64,000 bases of DNA from Candidatus Bathyarchaeota archaeon (GCA_963733055.1 CAVTBR010000003.1:576001-640000), one strand, 5' to 3'. Shown: positions 51,211 to 61,201, counted from the stretch's first letter. Notes: generated by a model from the sequence alone, not told the origin. Numbers and translations are program-made.

Positions 51211-52371
51211 TTGGTCTTGGATCTGGGCGGGATCAGGCAACAAATTCCCTTACTCAACCACAGCGTGTATTTGGATAACGCCGGCGCCGGCCCCCCACCG
51301 TCCAGCGTCCACACGGCGATGCAATCCTTTCTCGATGAATGGCGGGATTATGGCGAGAAGTGGGAGGCTTGGTTGTTAGACATTGTTAGGGCGAGAGAAC
51401 TGTTCGCCCAACTGGTCGGAGCCAATCCTGATGAAATCGCCTGCGTCCCAAATGTGACCTCAGGTCTCGGTGCAGTAGCCACCGCTCTTCGATTCGGATC
51501 GGGCCAGAACGTTGTGGTTAGTGAACTGAACTTTCCAACAAACGTCTACCTTTGGCATACGCTGCGTCAGAGGGGCTCACTATCTGAAGTCAGAGTAATG
51601 AAAGCGAAGGATGGGAGAATTCCGTTAGAGGATTATGAACGGGCGATTGATGACAAGACGATTGCGGTCTCTCTGGATTACGTTTCCTGGGTCAATGGTT
51701 GTCGGGAGAATATTTCAGAGATTACAAAACTTGCACACTCCCGTGGAGCGCTGATGATGGTTGACGCCTTCCACGCCACGGGCGTAATGCCAATCGACGT
51801 AAGAACACTCGGGGTTGATGTATTGACTTGTGGAACGTACAAGTGGTTGATGGGCCCGCACGGAGCCGCATTTCTTTACGTGAAGCAGGTGGTAGAAGAG
51901 AGGCTCGAGCCTTCAATTGTTGGTTGGCATGGCATCGACGATTCAGTCATCGCCAGAATCCAAGCCCACCAGGACCCGTTTGGACGGCCCTTCGATCTTA
52001 ACCACGCCACCCCCGCTAAGAACGCGACTCGATTCGAGTGGGGAACATGGGCCGTCATAAGCGTGGAGGGTGCAAAGGCCGCCCTGGAATTTACGTTGAA
52101 GTACCCTCCAGAGGAACGATGGCCCCTAATCCAGAAGCTCAACGAGCACCTGACGGACGGATTGAAGGCGAAAGGTAGGCGAATGACCTCACCCTTAGAG
52201 AAGGAGAGGATTAGCGGAATAGTCACCTTCGAGATCGAGCAAGCCGCACAAGTAGCCCGCAGGCTTCAGGAGCAGAAGGTGATTGTCGCCCCTAGGGTTA
52301 ACACGTTACGAGTTTCACCCCACTTCTACAACACCGAGGATGAGATTGACGTTCTCTTGGGGAAACTGTGA
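51211..52371 (+). CDS. Class V PLP enzyme (cysteine desulfurase/kynureninase-like)
   Basis: YLDNAG, VDAFH, YKWLMGP, RVSPHFYN. Confidence 0.9.
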   Translation: MVLDLGGIRQQIPLLNHSVYLDNAGAGPPPSSVHTAMQSFLDEWRDYGEKWEAWLLDIVRARELFAQLVGANPDEIACVPNVTSGLGAVATALRFGSGQNVVVSELNFPTNVYLWHTLRQRGSLSEVRVMKAKDGRIPLEDYERAIDDKTIAVSLDYVSWVNGCRENISEITKLAHSRGALMMVDAFHATGVMPIDVRTLGVDVLTCGTYKWLMGPHGAAFLYVKQVVEERLEPSIVGWHGIDDSVIARIQAHQDPFGRPFDLNHATPAKNATRFEWGTWAVISVEGAKAALEFTLKYPPEERWPLIQKLNEHLTDGLKAKGRRMTSPLEKERISGIVTFEIEQAAQVARRLQEQKVIVAPRVNTLRVSPHFYNTEDEIDVLLGKL

Positions 52372-52605
52372 AAGGCGAGGCAGAGCAGGGCGGTTGAGCC
52401 CACAAGTTAGAGCTGGTCGTGGCGCTCATGCGTTCCAAGCGGTTCTTCTACCGGTGACCACTGGGCGCCTGTGCCTCCTACCTCTCGCCAGAATATGTAC
52501 CTATTCGCGACGGGTTATGGCCATATCCCACGTAACCCGAGTCTGAAAACGCCTAGTTTTCTGTGGCAGGGCTCCCACGCTGAGAAAACATGACTGCCTG
52601 GGTGG

Positions 52606-52776
52606 TTAGTGGGAGGTTATTTTCTCCATGAATTTCTCTGGCACGCCAGGCCTGTGCCTTTCACAATAGTAATCCGCCCTACCGAACATTTCAACCCGCC
52701 ACTCCCCATCATTACCGCATAGGGGGATGTTGCACACGGGCTTGGTTTCGGAGTTCTGTTCGACGACAGCCGCCAA
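52606..52776 (-). CDS. 56-aa putative Zn-finger microprotein, absent from ORF track
   Basis: MAAVVEQNSETKPVCNIPLCGNDGEWRVEMFGRADYYCERHRPGVPEKFMEKITSH* with C-x4-C...C-x2-H. Confidence 0.55.
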   Translation of the reverse strand: MAAVVEQNSETKPVCNIPLCGNDGEWRVEMFGRADYYCERHRPGVPEKFMEKITSH

Positions 52777-52868
52777 GAACGATTCACTCTGTTGGCCGTC
52801 AGGTTTTCATGCCCGTTCTAAGCTCTTTCGGTTCCACGCCCAGAAAAGAATAGCAGGAGCAGGAATGT

Positions 52869-53634
52869 TTGGAGGCACTTCGCAGTTGACAATGTGGTAA
52901 AGAGCTTCGGCGGCCTCCAGGCCGTCAAGGGAGTCAGCTTCTCCGTCGAGCGGAATCAAATTCTTGGACTTCTGGGCCCGAACGGTTCGGGAAAATCAAC
53001 CATCATGAAAACCATCGTCGGCATCGTCAAACCCGACGGGGGCAGCATTACAGTTCAGGGCTTGAACGTCGCCGCCGACCCAATCGGTGTGAAGAGAATA
53101 GTTGGTTTCGTACCCGAAAGCCCCAGACTGTACGAATTCCTCTCCGGCATCGAATACCTCGACTTCGTAGCAACCGTCCACGGACTTAGCGCGGATGTAA
53201 AACGTGAACGAATTACGGAATTTCTGAAGGCATTGGATTTGGAGGGTAGGGAGAATGAACTGATACACGGTTACTCGCAGGGGATGAAACAGAAGCTCGC
53301 AATAATCGCTGGGCTACTGCACCGCCCAAAAATACTCATCCTCGACGAACCCCTCAACGCCCTAGACCCACGCAGCGCGCGGATCGTCAAGGACCTCATT
53401 CACCGCCTGAGGGACGACGGCGTACCAACCGTCTTCAGCACCCACGTGCTTGAGATTGCCGATGCGATTTGCGACCGGATAGTGATCATGTACGATGGCC
53501 GAGTGTTGGCGGAAGGAAGCGCGGGTGATTTGAGGTCGAAAGCCGGAACGGCGGGTTCAAGCCTTGAGGAAGTTTTCCTGAAATTAACTGGAACATCGGA
53601 CACGAGGGAGATCGTTGAGGCCTTGACGCGTTGA
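52869..53634 (+). CDS. ABC ATP-binding protein; probable TTG start at 52869 with a 1-nt insertion near 52880
   Basis: GPNGSGKST, YSQGMKQK, LDEP. Removing one base gives MEALAVDNVVKSFGG. Confidence 0.88.
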
Positions 53635-55253
53635 ACCTGAAGGCGGTCTACTCACTCGCCGTCGTCCTCACCCGATCACAAATCCGAGGAACACAACGCA
53701 ACAAATTCTTCGCCCGAGTCTTCGGCGAACCACGAATCATCCTACCAGTCGACATTGCATTGCTATTCGGATTAGGAGGCCTAGGCTACGCTCTGCTCTC
53801 AACAAACGGCCGAGGTTTGTTGGATTTTCTGAGGCCAATTGAACCTGAACTTCTCGCAGGCATCCCGTCGGCGATAATGTTCATGGCCATACTCTTCGGA
53901 GTCCTATACGAAATAAGCCAACCCATCCAATCAATGAACACAGACCTCGTGAACTGGCTGCCCATGACACCAATGGAGTACGTTGGCGGCTCCACAATCT
54001 CTGAGTCCTACATCTACTCATTCGTCTTATGCCTCTTTCTAGGCGTCGTGTTAGGACCCGCCCTTGCGTTGGGCATGGGTTCGGTTTGGATCGCGGCCGC
54101 ATTTATGGCGGTAGTCGCTCTGTTCGCGGGAGCTGCTATCGTTGAGATTCTGGACGCTACAACCAACAGGATCTCCTCCAGCTTCTACAAAAAGAGTGGA
54201 CGTTCGGGTATGGTTTTTCGTTTGGTTGCGACGGTTATCTTGCTCGTTTTCGTTCAATTAATCTTCAGCGGCTACGTGGTTGGTTACCTGCTTCAGAGTG
54301 TTATGCAAGCTGCGGTTTCAGCGTGGTTCATCCCCGTCGTCTGGCCCACATTAGCCGTACTGAGCGCTGCTCGAGCAAACCCATTTAATTTCATTCTGTT
54401 CTCCAGCTTCTCTGTAGCCTTCGTGATTGCCTTGTTCGCGTTGGCCGCTAGATTTCGCGCGCACTTCTGGGTCCCAGTCCCAGTCTCGATCAAGCTCAGC
54501 ACCCGCGCATACCAACCCGCCCAATTTCACTTCCCGTTAATCGGAGCGGCTGAGTCCGCGATGATTCAGAAAGATTTTCGGTCGTTGATCAGGAGGCGCG
54601 AGATGGCAAGGTTCCTAGCCATACCATTCGTACTCGCCATCTCAATGGGCATATCCCTATTGCCCCTAGGCACTCAGGCAACGGCCGCGGCCCCCAGTTT
54701 CGGGTTCATCGCATTCCTGTTACTCATGCCAGTCGCTATTTTCGTCGGAGCCCTATCAATGACAAGCATAGGGCAGGAAGGTAATGCAGTCTGGAACCTG
54801 TACGCGGCACCAATCACTCCAACCCAACTATTGCGAGCAAAACTTCTATTCACAGCGATTCTGGGAATACCATTCGCTGCGGCACTGCTCTCCATATTCG
54901 CCCTTTTGTTGAGCACGGTCGGAACCTACTACGAAATCCTTCTGCCGGTCAGCGTCCTCGTCGTGTTAGAAGTCGCTGCGGTAGGCGTTTATTTCGCGGC
55001 GCGGTTCCCCGATTTTCGTGAGATGGTCAGAAGCCGCTATGTAAGTGTCTGGGGCTCACTCCTAGGAATCGGCACGGCGCTTGGGATTTCTTTTCTCGTG
55101 GTCCTGCCGTTGTATCTTTCAATGCTCCTGTTTGGTTCGATACTCCCAGAACTTGCGATTACAAGCCTCGCTGTGGCTCTTGGAATCTTCATCGTCGCAT
55201 TGAAAATAGCGCAGCGCCAAGTCCGACGCTTGTTCCAGAATATTCCTAACTAA
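53631..55253 (+). CDS. Multi-pass ABC exporter permease
   Basis: Many TM helices, KDFRSLIR, GQEG; overlaps the ATPase stop. Confidence 0.8.
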   Translation: MNLKAVYSLAVVLTRSQIRGTQRNKFFARVFGEPRIILPVDIALLFGLGGLGYALLSTNGRGLLDFLRPIEPELLAGIPSAIMFMAILFGVLYEISQPIQSMNTDLVNWLPMTPMEYVGGSTISESYIYSFVLCLFLGVVLGPALALGMGSVWIAAAFMAVVALFAGAAIVEILDATTNRISSSFYKKSGRSGMVFRLVATVILLVFVQLIFSGYVVGYLLQSVMQAAVSAWFIPVVWPTLAVLSAARANPFNFILFSSFSVAFVIALFALAARFRAHFWVPVPVSIKLSTRAYQPAQFHFPLIGAAESAMIQKDFRSLIRRREMARFLAIPFVLAISMGISLLPLGTQATAAAPSFGFIAFLLLMPVAIFVGALSMTSIGQEGNAVWNLYAAPITPTQLLRAKLLFTAILGIPFAAALLSIFALLLSTVGTYYEILLPVSVLVVLEVAAVGVYFAARFPDFREMVRSRYVSVWGSLLGIGTALGISFLVVLPLYLSMLLFGSILPELAITSLAVALGIFIVALKIAQRQVRRLFQNIPN

Positions 55254-55606
55254 CCGTGCAAGTTTCATCGCGACGCCGAAATTTCTGTGAGGGTTGCGGG
55301 TCTAAGCTACGCTTTCCGTCGGTGCAGGCACAATCTGAGCGGTATCATTCATCTTCATTTTGATTTTGCGTTTCTTAGCCAACTCAAACACATCCTCTGG
55401 AACCGTAGTATCTCCCGGCATGATATTTAACGTGGCTTGGAGGGGAAGTCGTAAAGGGTAATTATATCTCATTTCTACTGGGTAGAATTGAATGGTAAAA
55501 ATCTAATCTTAGGATTCTGCTTTGTCGATAGTATTTCCTTCTGCATCAATAATGCGTGCGCCAGTCATGTTTTGAGTGGGTTAGGGACTGTCGTGGGTTC
55601 ATCAGT

Positions 55607-55653
55607 TGGTGGGCCGGACCGGATTTGAACCGGCGACCTTTGCCGTGCAAGGG
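55607..55653 (-). repeat. 47-bp copy of the tRNA-Val(TAC) 3' half (att-like)
   Basis: Matches 56571-56617 with two substitutions. Confidence 0.9.
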
Positions 55654-55846
55654 TTCGGTTGCCGTAGATGGGATCAGTCTCACACTCGTTGACGTGATCA
55701 AAGATTCGTTCTCAGTATGCCTGATACCACACACCCTCTCAACAACTCTGGGTTGCAAGACTAAAGGCGCCTCCGTTAACATAGAAGCGGATGTGATCGG
55801 CAATTACGTGAGGAAATCCATAGAACAGCTCAAACAAGTATCGTAG
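55649..55846 (+). pseudogene. 3' fragment of bacterial-type riboflavin synthase (alpha chain)
   Basis: KGSVAVDGISLT...SFSVCLIPHT...VNIEADVIGNYV; no N-terminal half. Confidence 0.8.
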
Positions 55847-55849
55847 CGC

Positions 55850-56356
55850 CTAAAGGTTCTCAGGAAGGCTAAGCTTCTTCCTTCTCCTTGAGGCATAGAT
55901 TCCGAGCAGCAACGCGGGAAGCAGTAATCCTAGAACTGATGCTGTTTCAGGTACTGTCGTGTTTGTCACCGTGATTCCAACGACAGGGTCTAATGTGAAC
56001 GTATCATTTTCAACCACTAATGTCCCAACCCAATAGTGGCCGGGCGTTATGCTGCCTGGAAGTGTTAATGCTACGGTGCCTCCGCTGAGGGAGACGCTTC
56101 CACTCACAGTAGGGACGAAAACTGACCCCCCGGACACAGGAACGATTTCAACGGTTATGCTTGTGGCCCCAGTGAGTGGAACCCTTACCGTCACTGTCGC
56201 TTGGACGGTGCCACCGGGGTTGTAGGTGGTCTTATCGGTGGTGATACAGATGGGCGTCTGAGGACTGGGAGTACATCCAGCGGCCTGAACGACTCCAATT
56301 ACCGTCAATAGTAAGAAGCATGCCAAGAGAACAACAATTGAATTAGGCCTACACAT
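55850..56356 (-). CDS. Secreted MG2/Ig-like protein with PEF-CTERM-like tail
   Basis: Signal peptide, TDKTTYNPG, tail VPET-TM-RRRKK. Confidence 0.7.
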   Translation of the reverse strand: MCRPNSIVVLLACFLLLTVIGVVQAAGCTPSPQTPICITTDKTTYNPGGTVQATVTVRVPLTGATSITVEIVPVSGGSVFVPTVSGSVSLSGGTVALTLPGSITPGHYWVGTLVVENDTFTLDPVVGITVTNTTVPETASVLGLLLPALLLGIYASRRRKKLSLPENL

Positions 56357-56570
56357 AGCTTACCATTCCAAACCGTTATCCTCTGAGTTCACTAGAGATT
56401 TACAACTTGTGGAAGTTCCCACATCCCGAACCCTCATCAAGAAGGCGATGTTCAGGTCACTGGTGGATTTGAAGAGAGGGAACTGGATTCCACCGGAAGA
56501 ACGTAATCCTTGAGTCAAGAGGGAGAAGCAATGACCGAGAATCAAAAGAAACGTTCGCCGGTCGGTAAGA

Positions 56571-56667
56571 TGGTGGGCCGGACCGGATTCGAACCGGCGA
56601 CCTTTGCCGTGTAAGGGCAACGTTCCAGTCGGACACGAGTCCTCTAACCAGGCTGAACTACCGGCCC
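56571..56667 (-). tRNA. tRNA-Val(TAC) with a 19-nt non-canonical intron at 22/23 (56625-56643)
   Basis: Removing AGGACTCGTGTCCGACTGG gives a 78-nt cloverleaf ending in ACCA. BHB-like motif GGTT-AGA-GGAC/GTCC-GACT-GGA. Confidence 0.92.
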
Positions 56668-56834
56668 ACATAGTAGCGCTGTTACTCGTGCCCCTAATCT
56701 GCTTTATTTGAGCCCTGTAATATTCAAATTTCGTAGGAATACCGTGAGATCGCAGGTTCAGAGAACGACCGTGACCAATCTGAGAAACGGTTGAGATTTG
56801 GGGGTTATTCGGGTAGATACTTTTAGTCTGGTTC

Positions 56835-57122
56835 GTGCTCATACGGGAATGTAAAGAGGGATCGAGCGTGGTTTTCGCGAGGCTGCTTGCTCATGGGGCG
56901 GAATGCCGGGAATGTGAGACCGTTCGCAGGTTCCTTTCCGACCACAAAATTCCCTTTGAAGAACATGACATAGACCGTGATCACAATGCGCTACAGGAAT
57001 TAGTCGACCGCACTGGTTCGGCTACCCATGTACCCGTCTTAGTTGTAGGAGAAGAGACGTTCATAGATTTCAACGAGGATATCGCAGCGAGCCTAATCGA
57101 TCTAGCCTCCAAATCCAAGTAA
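56835..57122 (+). CDS. Glutaredoxin/NrdH-like protein
   Basis: CREC, IPFEEHDI, VPVLVVG. Confidence 0.75.
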   Translation: MLIRECKEGSSVVFARLLAHGAECRECETVRRFLSDHKIPFEEHDIDRDHNALQELVDRTGSATHVPVLVVGEETFIDFNEDIAASLIDLASKSK

Positions 57123-57267
57123 CCCTAACCCAAAACGACTGTATCGAAATGAACGTTGACCATAAGGTGAACATGCGACGCGAAACCTGCTCCCATTAGC
57201 CACACAACGGATCAACCTCTGAAACTCGTCGGGGGAACCGTTTTATAGCATCCCTAAACCCCAAACG

Positions 57268-58203
57268 ATGGGAAACGGATTGGGTGCCAAGGAACTCGTA
57301 GTCTACGTAGACGGCGAATGGTTTCCAAAGTCGAAGGCTACGGTTTCAGTCTTTGACCACGGTATGCTTTATGGCGATGGCGTCTTCGAAGGGATTCGAG
57401 TCTACAACGGCGTCATATTTCAATTCAAAGAGCACTTAGACCGACTCTACAGCTCCGCCAAATCCATCAAACTCAACATACCCCTCACCCCTCAGGACAT
57501 GACGGCCGCCGTTGTCGAGACGATCAAACGCAACTCCCTCAAGGACGCTTACATCAGGCTGGTTGTTACGAGGGGAACGGGTGACCTTGGCGTAGACCCA
57601 CGAAAATGCAAACGATCCTCGACCATCATCATCACTGAACCCGTGGACCCGTCGTATGGCGTCATCGCCAAACAGAAAGGCATCTCAGTCATCATCTCTT
57701 CTGTCCGACGGGACGCGGTAGATGCTACTACACATGAAATAAAATCACTCAATTACCTCAATAGCGTATTGGCTAAACTTGAGGCAGCGGATGCTGGCGC
57801 GGACGACGCCCTCATGCTTGACAGAGAAGGCTTCGTATCTGAGGCTACAACAACCAACCTGTTCACAGCTAAGAACGGTGACATCTTCACCCCACCCTCA
57901 ACCTCGGGCATTCTTCAAGGCGTCACTAGGAATCGAATCATACACCTAGCGAAGGACCTAGGCCATACAGTGCTAGAGAGAGGGTTAACCCCCTACGACG
58001 TGACCAATGCCGACGAAGCTTTTCTCACTGGTACTCTTTCGGAAATAGTGCCTCTCGTGAAAGTGAAAGGCATTGAAGTTGGGGACGGTAAGGTTGGGCC
58101 TCTCACGCGGAAGATCATGAGCGCCTTTGTAACCATACGCTCCAACCCGAAGGAAGGTCTCGCAGTCTACCAGGAAACCGAACGAATAATCACCCACCGC
58201 TAG
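57268..58203 (+). CDS. ilvE: Branched-chain amino acid aminotransferase
   Basis: YGDGVFEGIR, KSLNYL, ILQGVTR, EAFLTGT. Confidence 0.93.
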   Translation: MGNGLGAKELVVYVDGEWFPKSKATVSVFDHGMLYGDGVFEGIRVYNGVIFQFKEHLDRLYSSAKSIKLNIPLTPQDMTAAVVETIKRNSLKDAYIRLVVTRGTGDLGVDPRKCKRSSTIIITEPVDPSYGVIAKQKGISVIISSVRRDAVDATTHEIKSLNYLNSVLAKLEAADAGADDALMLDREGFVSEATTTNLFTAKNGDIFTPPSTSGILQGVTRNRIIHLAKDLGHTVLERGLTPYDVTNADEAFLTGTLSEIVPLVKVKGIEVGDGKVGPLTRKIMSAFVTIRSNPKEGLAVYQETERIITHR

Positions 58204-59170
58204 ACCCGAACTTCTTCACCACCTTCCGGAAGATGAGGATGTACTGATGGTGAATGTTCGAGACAAAAGCGTAGGGCATCCCGTACGGGTATAGGTTCTT
58301 GCTATCCTGAACTAAAATCGTAATTCCCTCCAAGGTGAAACCAATCTGCTGAACGGCCTCCGATAGGTCGTTGTGGAATGACACAAACTTTGAACCGTGC
58401 CTGAAATCCGATACGACGATCACCATGTACTTTCCTTGCTTAAGCAACCGATAACATTCACCGAAAACGTGCGTTAGCTGGTCGAGAAAGTCAATATACC
58501 TTGAAGCATTTCCCAGATCTCGAATATCTTCGCTGTACTTTGTGGGCAGCCCCTTGCTCAATCGTTCCCGCTTGGATTTGTGATCTCTCGCCTTGGTGAG
58601 AATGGCCCAGTAAGGGGGACTAGTCACGACGAAGTCAAACGACTCAGAGGCTATCTGCTTCAGAAGCGTCAGGGAATCTCCCTGCAAGATTTTCAGAGCT
58701 GGCTGCTTGCTTTGTACAGCGCCGCGCTCGATAAGCTCCGTTGGGTGAGTCAAGCGAGATCTGCAGATTTTCTTCGCACGTTCAACCCGCTCATTACTGA
58801 TTACTACCCATTTTTCGACCAGTTCTATCCCTAGGCCTTCGCGGCCGGTGTTAAGACAGGCAATCAACGTCGACCCTGATCCCAAGAAAGGATCCAGCAC
58901 CTTTCCTCCTTTCTTAGTGAAAAAGAGGATTAGTTTCTCGATGTCGTTCTCCGCGTAAGTTGCGGGATGCTGTGCTTTGAGTTCATCTCGAGGAGGGGGG
59001 CGGCTTTGCCAAACACTCTTAGTGAACGTCAACCACTCTACGTTACTCAAATCGTTAAGATTGTTCCGAGCATCATAGCGCACTCGCTTCGAGATCTCTG
59101 AGTGTTTCAAGACCATCTTTTTCGATTTGCCTACCGTTTTTTCCCCCGACGCGAGCGACCACTCCCACAT
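58190..59170 (-). CDS. Orphan amino-(N4C/N6A) DNA methyltransferase
   Basis: HPATY, VLDPFLGSGST preceding TSPPY. Confidence 0.85.
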   Translation of the reverse strand: MWEWSLASGEKTVGKSKKMVLKHSEISKRVRYDARNNLNDLSNVEWLTFTKSVWQSRPPPRDELKAQHPATYAENDIEKLILFFTKKGGKVLDPFLGSGSTLIACLNTGREGLGIELVEKWVVISNERVERAKKICRSRLTHPTELIERGAVQSKQPALKILQGDSLTLLKQIASESFDFVVTSPPYWAILTKARDHKSKRERLSKGLPTKYSEDIRDLGNASRYIDFLDQLTHVFGECYRLLKQGKYMVIVVSDFRHGSKFVSFHNDLSEAVQQIGFTLEGITILVQDSKNLYPYGMPYAFVSNIHHQYILIFRKVVKKFGSSGG

Positions 59171-59260
59171 ACTAATTCCCGCGAGTTCAAGACGTGTCAG
59201 CGGAGCACCCTTGCTGGAGGCTCGCGGGCGCAGTTGTAAGCTTTCCCTCCGGTCGAACCT

Positions 59261-60085
59261 TTAGTCTTCCCTCCGTCTCCTCAAATTCAAACACATGAGG
59301 ACCACCCACCCGAATGTAACGATGACTGCGAGTGCGAACCTTGGAACAGGTTGCGGCTGACTCTCTTTGGTTGTGGACATCGTCGTCGATTTCGCGCCAA
59401 TTGCCGACATGTAGTAAGCATACGGCACGCTAAGTGGTAGAACGACATTTGTATCCCGGTTTCCCCCAGCAAGTTGATGCAACCCGTAGAGATCAAGGGT
59501 AGAAGGGTATTCGTTCGGATAGTACATGCATAACAAATCCTGGAACGGGCATGATACAGAAGATGGATAGTCTGTCAAACCAAGGGCATGCGCGAATTCG
59601 TGAAGAACCAAGAACAGTGGATCATATTTCGGTCCTTGATAGGTTAGGAGGCTCGTATCAAGGAACACAATGGCGTTGGTTATGTTGTTAGAATCATCCC
59701 ATCGGATGTGTGTGCACCCGTCAATGCCGAATGGGGTTGAAGAGCAGTAGCTGTTGACTGTCCAGTAGTCTGTGAATTCTACCTGAACGTGCGATGATTC
59801 ATTCCCGATGGCAAACGTGTAGGTTTTCCCGTTCGGAAAGTAGGTCGCCCTGAACCACGATTGCGCCTGATCCCAAATCGCAATCGCTCTCACGACAAGG
59901 TCATGAGCAACCGTTGGCGTCGAAGGTATCCGGACGTATATCAACGGACTCGGCCAACTAACCCCGAAGGTTGGGATCCAATACTGAGACTGCGGACGCG
60001 CTTGAACGAAGGGGGTAGTGAAGAATACCATCAAGAGTAGAACAGCGAGATAGAGACGCTTCTCGTTTCGCGACCAACAGCCCAA
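59261..60085 (-). CDS. Secreted matrixin-like zinc metalloprotease with sorting tail
   Basis: Signal peptide, HEFAHALGL, Met-turn-like CMY, tail VPRF-TM-RRRR. Confidence 0.75.
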   Translation of the reverse strand: MGCWSRNEKRLYLAVLLLMVFFTTPFVQARPQSQYWIPTFGVSWPSPLIYVRIPSTPTVAHDLVVRAIAIWDQAQSWFRATYFPNGKTYTFAIGNESSHVQVEFTDYWTVNSYCSSTPFGIDGCTHIRWDDSNNITNAIVFLDTSLLTYQGPKYDPLFLVLHEFAHALGLTDYPSSVSCPFQDLLCMYYPNEYPSTLDLYGLHQLAGGNRDTNVVLPLSVPYAYYMSAIGAKSTTMSTTKESQPQPVPRFALAVIVTFGWVVLMCLNLRRRRED

Positions 60086-60271
60086 TTCTACCAGTTTAGC
60101 CTCCCTTTGGAATCGGAAGGATTTGTTCGTTCATCCAGGGTCGTCCTAGGATATTAGCGGGGGCTATCTCAATAGTCTTTGCCACTCAGGCCCATCAACA
60201 GCCGTGGAGTGACGGCGATGTGCTAGGGACATATCGGTCACTTGCCCAGGATAGAATGTGACAAATGAGGC

Positions 60272-60289
60272 GGTTCTGTCAAGTCGATG
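60272..60289 (+). repeat. IS6-like terminal repeat
   Basis: GGTTCTGTCAAGTCGATG, 17/18 identical to 61294-61311. Confidence 0.75.
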
Positions 60290-60549
60290 GCATCAGGTTA
60301 CGGGAAGATTTCAACAACAACAAAATGGAACGTATGAACGGCGAGATCAGGGATAGAGAGCGGGTTATGCGTACGCTAGAGAAAATGGACACACCGATTC
60401 TTGCAGGTATGCGCATCTTCCACAACTACATACGACCACACCAAGCCTTGAAAGGCAAAACCCCTGCCGAAGCAGCAGGAATCAAGGTGAATGGCGAGAA
60501 CAAATGGATAACCATAATACAAAATGCCAGCAAAGAGAAACAGCACTGA
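60290..60549 (+). pseudogene. DDE (IS6-like) transposase C-terminal fragment 1
   Basis: NNNKMERMNGEIRDR...HNYIRPHQALKGKTPAEAAGI...KWITIIQNA. Confidence 0.85.
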
Positions 60550-61201
60550 TGCACACAGCTTGATCTTTATCGCATTTATTCTACTATTTCTCTTAATACT
60601 CTTGATTGTCGCATTGGTCATAATCTTCGCATATATGTTGACACAAAAGGACCCAAAGACTGGTGATACTCCTTCAATCATTCTGAAAATGCGAAAGTAC
60701 GTACTACTGGCGCTTGGTGTGACCACACTGCTAATCATCAGCTTTGACTTTTACCGAGTCCCCCGTCTTGTCGAATACGGGGTCATCGGAGTTGTGGGTT
60801 TGCTTATTGGAACGTATTGGTTACGTCGAAATGCTGGAACGACTGATATTAGAAAGCTTCACTTTGATACTGACGAGTCGTTTGTTCTGCCACATTCCTT
60901 TGCGAGAACTTGCAAGGTCATCCCGACTGTTGTGACAGGTAACCATTGGAAGCTAGTCGAGAGCAACGAGGATTCAGGAGTCTTTCAAATCAAAATCGGC
61001 ATGAGCAGGAAAACATGGGGAGAAATCATGGTAGTTGATGTTACTCAAGTGAATGCAAAATCTTCCAAGGTCAATGTTCGTTGTAGCGCACAACACCAAA
61101 TCTACGACTATGGAAAGAATTATGCGGACATTACAAAATTTCATACTGCGTTGCTCAAGGAACTAGACTCAGGTAGAAAGGAAAAGGCTGATAATCAATA
61201 G
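60524..61201 (+). CDS. Cargo membrane protein (3 TM plus soluble domain)
   Basis: 225 aa ORF whose start overlaps the transposase stub end. Confidence 0.65.
   Translation: MPAKRNSTDAHSLIFIAFILLFLLILLIVALVIIFAYMLTQKDPKTGDTPSIILKMRKYVLLALGVTTLLIISFDFYRVPRLVEYGVIGVVGLLIGTYWLRRNAGTTDIRKLHFDTDESFVLPHSFARTCKVIPTVVTGNHWKLVESNEDSGVFQIKIGMSRKTWGEIMVVDVTQVNAKSSKVNVRCSAQHQIYDYGKNYADITKFHTALLKELDSGRKEKADNQ

Noticed and set aside
52372-52600. Possible ncRNA or gene in a GC-rich spacer, with a 10-bp inverted match tgtgaaaggc near 52655
   Set aside because: No convincing ORF, fold or known RNA motif; the short match may be chance.
55305-55472. About 56-aa minus-strand ORF (MRYNYPLRLP...) in AT-rich DNA beside the att copy
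   Set aside because: No recognisable motif and in-frame stops just upstream; at most a decayed remnant.
55607-55653. Split-tRNA half or tRNA-Ala(TGC)
   Set aside because: The acceptor strand CCGGCCC lacks the Ala U70, no complementary leader or 5' half is visible, and it matches the nearby tRNA-Val except at two bases.
55546-55803. 85-aa minus-strand ORF
   Set aside because: It is antisense to the riboflavin synthase fragment and runs through the tRNA repeat.
56360-56842. 160-aa minus-strand ORF
   Set aside because: It reads through tRNA-Val(TAC) and is a shadow ORF.
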